DNA of 64,000 nucleotides from contig NC_087245.1 in assembly GCF_037042905.1 (NCBI RefSeq), positions 34,164,001 to 34,228,000 of the forward strand, read 5' to 3'. Below, piece after piece: positions 54,349-64,000 of the stretch. Origin of the DNA: Lytechinus pictus (Eukaryota). Position numbers and translations under genes: made by a program. The notes beneath the pieces are model-generated. The model was not told the origin of the DNA. It made no database searches and worked only from the letters and a program-made list of their open reading frames with translations. Every line of letters starts with the position of its first letter. The first letter of the stretch is position 1.

Positions 54349-54767
54349 CAGGGTTTTCAGCTTTTCAAGAAAACGAAATTCCATGATTTTCTTGATTTTT
54401 CCCTGAAGAATTTTAAGAATTCCCTGATAATTGTTTAAACACATTCCCAGTTTCACATGTTTTGTAAGTTGTTGGAGTAAATTACATTTATTTTCAGCAA
54501 CAAATTTTGTACTGCAGTCAAAGAGGCTACACTATAAAATAAAAAAACACCATAACTCGTCATTCAGTGGATGCTGTTTTGATATGCAACAAAATATAAC
54601 AGAGTCTGACTGACTACCGTGCTTTCGACATTTGGGCCAATAAAATTTTCCTGATTTACCCCTTATTTGAGGCATTTCCCCCTGATATGAGGTATTCTAT
54701 TTTTATCGAATTCCCTGATTTTTCCCTGTTACTTTTCTCTGATTTCACTGATGGGCTTGGAACCCTG
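54349..54767. mobile_element. CAGGGTT MITE, unit 6
   Basis: Same element, left TIR slightly mutated. Confidence 0.75.
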
Positions 54768-54931
54768 TAGTAAAATGCAATAAATGGCCGCTACAAAAAC
54801 CGCTCCTAAAAGCCGAAGTTTATACACAAGGAAAAGGGTCTTTATTAAAAGTTATCCCAAACAGATCAACAAGGCCTATAGGTTCCAATAAAGGGAAATG
54901 GCTAATCTACGAAAAGTTAAAGTATTACCAA

Positions 54932-55159
54932 CAGTGGCGTACCTAGGATTTTCCACAGGGGGGCAAATTCGTCCGCTAAACAATTTGACAAGCCAAAAAA
55001 AAAAAGGTCTTCAACCACAAATAAAGGATTTCGTAACAGAAAAAAATTTGACAAGCAAAAAAAAAAAAAGTCTTCAAAACTCGTCAGGGGGCAGGGATAT
55101 GTCCCTTGCATGGGTTGTGACTCGTCGGGGGCAGTCTGCCCCCCGTTGGTACGCTAGTG
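54932..55159. mobile_element. hAT-type MITE (228 bp) with 8-bp TSD
   Basis: CAGTGGCGTACC...GGTACGCTAGTG imperfect TIR; TSD ATTACCAA / GTTACCAA; empty site GTGTTACCAAGATC in other units. Confidence 0.85.
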
Positions 55160-56794
55160 GTTACCAAGATCAATAGCAGACCATTAACATCAGCTGAAGT
55201 GACTTCTCTCGATAAAAAAAAAATTATTTATTTTCATAATTGAAATAAAGCAAGTCGGAAAAGAAAAAAAAATGAGTAGTTACTAAAGAAATAAATACAC
55301 TTGAATTACATTATTAATCAGGAAATTCCAATGAGTAAATATATTGAACTTTTGTTTTTGCATCAGCCGTTCTGCTTCAGAGAATGAGAGAAAAAATAAA
55401 TTTACCGTGTTAATAGGGCAGGGAGGAATGGGATGTTGGGAAGATGTTTTGGTAGTGATAGCAGGGTCGCTGAAAAATGGACTTGTCTAACCTGGAAAAT
55501 TACAGTCATTATAAATATTCATGTAAAAAAAGTATCAAGCATGATATGAGAAGACAGTAAAGGTCAAAAGTTATAAGTAATATACAGGACGGCCAATACC
55601 AGCTGAAGTGGTTTCCCTTGGTGAAAAATAGAAGAACCATTGTTCATATTATTTAAAAAATGTATCCAGACAGAAAAAAAAAGTATTAGAAATTCTGAAA
55701 AGAGGAAATACAATCGTTTATATAATTAATTAATTGTAGATTTGAATAAGTATGTATTGGACTTATGTTCTTGTATCATTTGCTCTGCTTCCGAGAGGAA
55801 AAAAACATATCCGGGCACAAGGCGCGGTAAAGAGGTATTCGTGAGGCTTGAAACAATAATTGCCAGTGTAAGCAAGGTCAGTAGAAGACTGCCAACATCA
55901 CCTGAAGAGGTAAAAAGGATAATAATTTTAACATTATAATTAAAATACATCAGCCGCTGGAAGAACGCCCCCCAAAAAACCCCAAACGAGTGACTATTTT
56001 CAGTATATACGAGCTATCAATAATATGTAACAGCATCATATTTACGACATAATTATGTCAACTCGGGTCCACTTGGAGCTGTTTGGGTATAAAGGTAATA
56101 TAGAATCATTAGCAATTTGGTATCATGATATATTCTTTATTGAACAAGTACCACCCTCGATGGAGACTGCCAATAAATGCTGACGCGAAGTGGCTAATCT
56201 GAGTAGATGAGAATGATTATTATTAACATTGTATTTAATCTTATCCAGCCTACAAAGAAAAAAATATACTACATAGATTTATTGATTAAGCCCTTGAAAT
56301 CATATCAACAGTCGTGTCTGTACGCCGGTGTTCTCTCCGGGTCATCGTTCAGCAATTGCTTTGTCACAAGATCTCTCCTGGATACATGGAATGAAAAAGA
56401 AATATCGCTAAGCTGCCATTAAATAACGACGAGAAAATTAATATTTCTAATTTGTTTTTACAATTTGCACGATAATTTTTAGGCATTAGCCAGTTTTATG
56501 GCAATATAATAAGGTTTTGTTTTTTTCTTTTTCGTAATCATGGGGTAAAATTGAATAATTGTCATATTATATCAATGATAATGATCAGACGTTTCATAAT
56601 ATTTTCAATTCTCGGCATACATTCAAGTATAATTGTAACTTGTATTGATATTATATTTTCATCATGCGTATTTGATACTGATTAATTAAAATAGGTACTT
56701 CATATAATAAGGTCGAAATGGCATCATGGCTTTTAACTGCAAAAAAAAAAAAAACGAGATGATACGTCATTCAAAATGATATGTTATTACTTAC

Positions 56795-59700
56795 CTTTAC
56801 ATAGACGGAGGGTGAAATAATCAACACAAGCATCGAAACTTATTGACGGTGAGATGTTGATCATGGGGAAAGCAAAATTAGTTGTTGTCTGACGAAAGGG
56901 TGTTGGAGCTAGTTTTAGATAGAAGGAGAGACTGCTCTCTGATGAAAGGGTGACGAAGCTAGCTGTAAAAGGAAGGGGACTATCCGATGAACGGGTGACC
57001 AAGCTCGTGGTAGGTGAAAGGAGACTAGTTGTTCTCTGATGAAAGGGTGAGGAAGCTCGTGGTAAAAGGAAAGAGACTAGTTGCCCTCTGATGAAAGGGT
57101 GACGAAGCTAGTGGTAGATTGAAGAACACTTGTTGCTATCTGATGAAGCTGGCAGTAGACGAAAAGAAACTAGCTGCTCTCTGATGAACGGGTGACGAAG
57201 CTAGTGGAAGATATAAGGAGACTAGCTGCTCTCTGATGAAAGGGTGATGAAGCTGGTGGTTGATGAAAAGAGACTAGTTGGTCTCTGGTGAAAGGGAGAC
57301 GAAGCAAGTGGTAGATAAAGGACACTAGTTGCTCTCTAATGGAAGGGTGACGAAGCTTGTGGTAGATGGAAGAAGACTGCTCTTTGATGAACAGGTGACG
57401 AAGCTACTGGTAGAAGGAAGGAGGCTATCTGAATAAAGGATGACGAAGCTTGTGGTAAATGGAAGGAGGTTGCTCTCTGATGGGAGGGTGACGAAGCTAG
57501 TGGTAGATGAGAGAGGCTAGTTGTTCTCTGAAGAAAGGGTGACGAAGCTAGAGGTAGATGGAAGGAGACTAGTTGCTATCTGATGGAAGGGTGACGAAGC
57601 TTGTGGTAGATGGAAGAAGACTGCTCTTTGATGAACAGGTGACGAAGCTACTGGTAGAAGGAAGGAGGCTATCTGATGAAAGGGTGACGAAGCTTGTGGT
57701 AAATGGAAGGAGACTGTTCTCTGATGAAAGGGTGACGAAGCTAGTTGTCGATACAAGGAAACTACTTGCTATCTGATGAAAAGGTGACGAAGCTAGTGGA
57801 AGATGGAAGGAGATTAGTTTCTCACTATTAAAAGAATGACAAAGCTAGTGGTAGAAGGAAGAAGGCTATTTGAAGAAAGGGTGATGAAGCTAGTGGTAGA
57901 TGAAAGAACGCTTGTTACCTTGTTGCTCTCTGATGAAAGGGCGTTGAGGTTGGTGGTAGATGAAAGGAGACTCGTTGCTCTCTGGTGAAAGGATGACGAA
58001 GCTAGTGGAAGATACAAGGAAACTGCAGCTATCTGATGAAAGGGTGACGAAGCTTGTGGTAAATGGAAGGAGACTGCTCTCTGATGTGATGGTGACGAAG
58101 CTAGTGGTAGATGGAAGGAGACTAGTTGCTATCTGATGAAAGGGTGACGAAGCTTGTGGTAGATGGAAGAAGACTGCTCTTTGATGAACAGGTGACGAAG
58201 CTACTGGTAGAAGGAAGGAGGCTATCTGAATAAAGGATGACGAAGCTTGTGGTAAATGGAAGGAGACTGCTCTCTGGTGAGAGGGTGACGAAGCTAGTGG
58301 TAGATGAGGGAGGCTAGTTGTTCTCTGAAGAAAGGGTGACGAAGCTAGTTGACGATACAAGGAAACTAGTTGCTATCTGATGAAAGGGTGACGAAGCTTG
58401 TGGTAGATGGAAGAAGACTGCTCTTTGATGAACAGGTGACGAAGCCACTGGTAGAAGGAAGGAGGCTATCTGATGAAAGGGTGACAAAGCTTGTGGTAAA
58501 TGGGAGGAGACTGTTCTCTGATGAAAGGGTGACGAATCTAGTTGTCGATACAAGGAAACTAGTTGCTATCCGATGAAAAGGTGACGAAGCTAGTGGAAGA
58601 TGGAAGGAGATTAGTTTCTCACTATTAAAAGAATGACAAAGCTAGTGGTAGAAGGAAGAAGGATATTTGAAGAAAGGGTGATGAAGCTAGTGGTAGATGA
58701 AAGAACGCTTGTTACCTTGTTGCTCTCTGGTGAAAGGGCGTTGAGGTTGGTGGTAGATGAAAGGAGACTCGTTGCTCTCTGGTGAAAGGGTGACGAAGCT
58801 AGTGGTAGAGGGAAGAATACTTGTTCTCTGATGAAAGGGAGACGAAGCCAGTGGTAGATTGAAGGAGACTTGTTGCTCTCTGATGAAAGGGTGACGAGGC
58901 TCTTGGTAGATGGAATGAGACTTATTGCTCTCTGATTGGAGGTTGATGAAGCCAGTAGGAGATGAGGGAGACTAGTTGCTCTCCGATGGAAGGGTGATTA
59001 ACCCAAGCATAGACGGAAGAACACTAGAAGTTGTTATCGGACGGAAGGATAAAGAAGCTCGTGCTAGGTGGAAGGAGACTATTTGTTCTCTGGTGAAAAG
59101 GTGACGAAGCTTGTGGTAGATGGAAGGAAACTAGTTGCTTTCTGATGAAAGGGTGACGAAACTAGTGGTAGATGGATGATGACTAATTAGTCTCTGATGA
59201 AAGGGTGACGAAACTAATGGTAGATGGGAGGAGGTTAATTGCTCTCTGATGGGAGGGTGACGAGGCCAATAGGAGATGAGGGAGACTAGTTGCTCTCCGA
59301 ATGAAGGGTGATGAACCTAAGCATAGATAGAGGAACACGATTAATTGTTATCAGATGGAAGAATTAAGAAGCTAGTGGTAATTGGAAGAAGACTAGTTGC
59401 TCTCTGGTGAAAGGGTGACGAAGCTAATGATAGATAGGGTAAACTGCTCTCTGATGTTAGGGGGACACGAAGCTAGTAGTAGATGGGAGGAGACTAGTTG
59501 CTCTCCGATGAAAGGGTGACGAAGCTAGTGGTAAATGGAAGGAGACTGCTCTCTGATGGGATGGTGACGAAGCTAGTGGTAGATGAGGGAGGCTAGTTGT
59601 TCTCTGAAGAAAGGGTGACGAAGCTAGAGGTAGATGGAAGGAGACTAGTTGCTATCTGATGAAAGGGTGACGAAGCTTGTGGTAGATGGAAGAAGACTGC

Positions 59701-62700
59701 TCTTTGATGAACAGGTGACGAAGCTACTGGTAGAAGGAAGGAGGCTATCTGAATAAAGGATGACGAAGCTTGTGGTAAATGGAAGGAGACTGCTCTCTGA
59801 TGGGAGGGTGACGAAGCTAGTGGTAGATGAGGGAGGCTAGTTGTTCTCTGAAGAAAAGGTGACGAAGCTAGAGGTAGATGGAAGGAGACTAGTTGCTATT
59901 TGATGAAAGGGTGACGAAGCTTGTGGTAGATGGAAGAAGACTGCTCTTTGATGAACAGGTGACGAAGCTACTGGTAGAAGGAAGGAGGCTATCTGATGAA
60001 AGGGTGACGAAGCTTGTGGTAAATGGAAGGAGATTGTTCTCTGATGAAAGGGTGACGAAGCTAGTTGTCGATACAAGGAAACTAGTTGCTATCTGATGAA
60101 AAGGTGACGAAGCTAGTGGAAGATGGAATGAGATTAGTTTATCACTATTAAAAGAATGACAAAGCTAGTGGTAGAAGGAAGAGGGCTATTTGAAGAAAAG
60201 GTGATGAAGCTAGTGGTAGATGAAAGAACGCTTGTTACCTTGTTGCTCTCTGATGAAAGGGCGTTGAGGTTGATGGTAGATGAAAGGAGACTCGTTGCTC
60301 TCTGGTGAAAGGATGACGAAGCTAGTGGAAGATACAAGGAAACTGCAGCTATCTGATGAAAGGGTGACGAAGCTTGTGGTAAATGGAAGGAGACTGCTCT
60401 CTGATGGAAGGGTGACGAAGCTAGTGGTAGATGAGGGAGGCTAGTTGTTCTCTGAAGAAAGGGTGACGAAGCTAGAGGTAGATGGAAGGAGACTAGTTGC
60501 TATCTGATGAAAGGGTGACGAAGCTTGTGGTAGATGGAAGAAGACTGCTCTTTGATGAACAGGTGACGAAGCTACTGGTAGAAGGAAGGAGGCTATCTGA
60601 ATAAAGGATGACGAAGCTGGTGGTAAATGGAAGGAGACTGCTCTCTGATGGGAGGGTGACGAAGCTAGTGGAAGATGAGGGAGGCTAGTTGCTATCTGAT
60701 GAAAGGGTGACGAGGCTCTTAGTAGATGGAATGAGACTTATTGCTCTCTGATTGGAGGGTGATGAAGCCAGTAGGAGATGAGGGAGACTAGTTGCTCTCC
60801 GATGGAAGGGTGATTAACCCAGGCATAGACGGAAGAACACTAGAAGTTGTTATTGGACGGAAGGATAAAGAAGCTCGTGCTAGGTGGAAGGAGACTATTT
60901 GTTCTCTGGTGAAAGGGTGACGAAGCTAGTGGTAGATGGGTGGAGGCTAATTGCTCTCTGATGGGAGGGTGACGAAGCCAGTAGGAGATGAGGGAGACTA
61001 GTTGCTCTCCGAATGAAGGGTGATGAACCTAAGCATAGATAGAGGAACACGATTAATTGTTATCAGATGGAAGGATTAAGAAGCTAGTGGTAGGTGGAAG
61101 AAGACTAGTTGCTCTCTGGTGAAAGGGTGACGAAGCTAATGATAGTTAGGGTAAACTGCTCTCTGATGTTAGGGGGACACGAAGCTAGTAGTATATGGGA
61201 GGAGACTAGTTGCTCTCCGATGAAAGGGTGACGAAGCTAGTGGTAGATGGGAGGAGACTAGTTGCTCTCTGATGAAAGGGGGACGAAGTTAGTGGTAGAT
61301 GGAGAACGACTAGTTGATCTTGGAAAAAATGATTACGAAATTAGTAGAAAATGGGAGGAGACTAGTTGTTCTCTAATGAAAGGTTGACGAAGCTAGTGGC
61401 AGATGGAAAGAGACTAGTTGCTCTCTGGTGAAAGGGTGACGAAATAAGTGGTAAATAGGAGGCTAGTTGCTCTCTGGTGAAAGTGTGACGGAGCTAGTGG
61501 TAGATGGATAACGACTAGTTGCTCTTTCAAGAAAGAATTACGAAATTGATAGAAGATGGGAGGAGACTGGTTGCCCTCTAATGAAAGGTTGACGAAGCTA
61601 GCAGTATATGGAAGGAGACAAGTTGCTCTTTGATAGATGGGTGACGAAGCTAGTGGTAGATGGAAGGGGGCTTTATCGCAGGAAATCTGTGAAATGGAAT
61701 ACATATTATACATCCTTGCTCTCAAATAATATAACATTACAAGTTAAACTCTAGGAATATTATTTCTGCAGTCCGGTAGATAGTCCGCTGCTAGATATTA
61801 ATATACAGTAGTAATCCCAATAATCAACCATACCCTACCAGAATACTATACAACTTGCTTAGTATATTTAATTTTATTCCTCATTAAGGATGTAATTGAA
61901 TGTTCAGTTGCATCAAACCTCCTTGGTTGCATGAGATCGTTTAATAATGATGTAAAATTGATATTTTTCCACGGGAAAATGACTCTCGCAGAGCTGGATA
62001 GAATTTCCAATGAAGATTTTTTATCTAGTCGACTTGGTTGTAGAAGCTTCTCTTCAAACCTATGTCCAGATGTATTGTCATTCCAGTCAGACCTGCAACA
62101 TAAACACGAAATTGATATTACAATATAGTTTGGTTCTGACTGTTTGGCATTGAATATATTAAACATGCACCATGTAGATCTAGAATGAAAAAAAAACACG
62201 TGATGGAATGTTATCATCCTGTTTGTTGGTATTTATATTTATGACCTAGATCTATCAAAAGAAAATATCAAACAAATGTTGTTGCTAGTTTGATTATGAT
62301 CATCGATTTTAGCCTCAGTATATACATTAATTGTCTAAAGTCCCTTTCATGTATCTCTAAGATTCACGGCAACTTTACTCAAACCTATGTCTCCACCACT
62401 TTATCAAGTCAAAAGTGCATAGCTATGTGGTTTTGTTATAAAATGTCAAATCAAAATTACGAAATTTGAATAACAGCAATGTTAATAACGAATGGTTAGA
62501 TTTAGACTTAAACCAGCAATTGGTTTGTATATATACAGAATTTGTCAAAAGAGTTAAAATGAAACAAAACTTACTGCAATAATTCAGACGAACGAGACGA
62601 TGATCATGTGCATAATTATTAAACATAATGGCTCAACGCAAAAACGAATGATCGTACGAGAGACTCGACGAATGAACGAGTGGCTGAACGTATACTTTTT

Positions 62701-64000
62701 GAATATATGTATTAACAGTTATTTTTTCGCTAGCTGAAAGTATAACGTCAGAAGGCAAAGAGCTGAACGATTACAACCTCAACCTTTTTTTTAAACAGGT
62801 CTTACTATCACAGTCATGTTGAAATTAAGTCATCTTTGGATGAAACTGCATCAATCTTTCCGAGATTATATCTACCCCAGCAAGTTTTAGTCAGGCACCC
62901 ATTGGGGCCCTAGTTGTAGGATTGTTTAATTTGAATTTGAATTTGAACTAGATTATACACAAAATTATCTTTTTCATTTTAAAATGACCAACATTATTAT
63001 CGCTATTATAACCATCATCAACACCATGCGGTAAACATTTTGGGGATTACTTATTTACTTATGTTTTATCTAGATCTACTAACAGAATGAAAGTTATGCC
63101 TACATCTATGCCATGTATTCTGCGACTGTTACCATCTGTGCCTTTGTATGCCCCTATGGCCCTTTCCCTTCTATAATCCACGATTCTTTGAGCAACAACC
63201 AAGTGTTAAGTATTTATTTTACGTATATAACATAAATATAAAACAGGTTTTCAGTTTTGTCAACATGGCAATACTTTTCTTCCATGAGGTCCATATTGAT
63301 AACGATTTCTACATGTAGATCTATTACTACATGTGCGTGGGACTGTTGTTATAACTTCTGTCGTACAAGAATTACGAGAATGGCACATAATAAATCTAAG
63401 CATATTAAGACGAGATCTACAATGAGGAAGAATTGTAATTCAAAACTATTATTGTCCTTGTCCACATATTGACTTTGAATAGGTCTATTGCTTTTTGTCT
63501 GAATACCGATCATCTTAGACCTAAATATTTACGAACCACCCAATCTCACTCACACTTGACTTTAATACTATTGAGGATTACCATGGGGAAAAATTATCCA
63601 CGGGGTTTAGAACTTTGTTATGGGACTGTGCACTGAACCATACTATTTTCCTTATAAGTAAAGTAGAAATTTAAAAAAGGGTGCGCATAATAGGCATGGC
63701 ATAATCAAATATTATATAAAATTACTTACTTATAGCACTTAAATCCTCCCGCAGTCAGATGAATAGTGGATCGGGCAGCAAGCTGCCCTAAAATCAACCA
63801 AACGAAAAAAAAAATTATCAAATAGACAAAATCAATGTAATAAATCTCACCTGGTAAGCTTTCGTGACGGATACTCGTACTTGGGCAAACGTGGTGTCTG
63901 TGTCTTTTGGATACGAAACCGATTAACGCCCGAATAACGGAATATCATTCATGCTTGCTACGATAATTTCACCTGTCAAATCTTGACATGGGAAAGCATT
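56795..64000 (-). ncRNA. Putative spliced repeat-exon transcript, copy 6 (5' end at or beyond window edge)
   Basis: Donor 63851, acceptor 62092, array-exon acceptor 61686, donor 56795. Confidence 0.5.
56878..61671. repeat. Minisatellite array 6 (~4.8 kb)
   Basis: Same ~52-bp consensus, many 45/48-bp variants and higher-order blocks. Confidence 0.97.

Larger units (their letters stand above)
53720..64000. repeat. Tandem macro-unit 6 (truncated by window end)
   Basis: Collinear with other units up to the exon-1 region. Confidence 0.95.

Noticed and set aside
2500..64000. Six units as an assembly artefact
   Set aside because: Units differ by many substitutions and by private TE insertions with TSDs.

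Overview
AT-rich eukaryotic DNA; the SINE/MITE types suggest an invertebrate animal, possibly an echinoderm (inference). No intact conventional protein-coding gene is evident. From ~2.5 kb to the end, the window is a head-to-tail array of six ~9-12 kb paralogous units, roughly 90% identical by eye and mosaic. Each unit holds a 1.8-4.8 kb minisatellite of 45-52 bp monomers. A minus-strand splice acceptor abuts one end of every minisatellite and a perfect AAG|GTAAGT donor lies ~90 bp beyond the other. Upstream on that strand are two more conserved exons and a CpG/GC-box promoter-like segment. The monomer reads as a frame-broken Ser/Thr/Pro mucin-type repeat, and flanking DNA resembles decayed LRR coding sequence. 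Best reading: a tandem family of spliced, repeat-exon, probably non-coding transcription units derived from a mucin/LRR-like gene. Copy-specific MITEs, SINEs, deletions and duplications mark individual units. All splice and promoter calls come from sequence alone.
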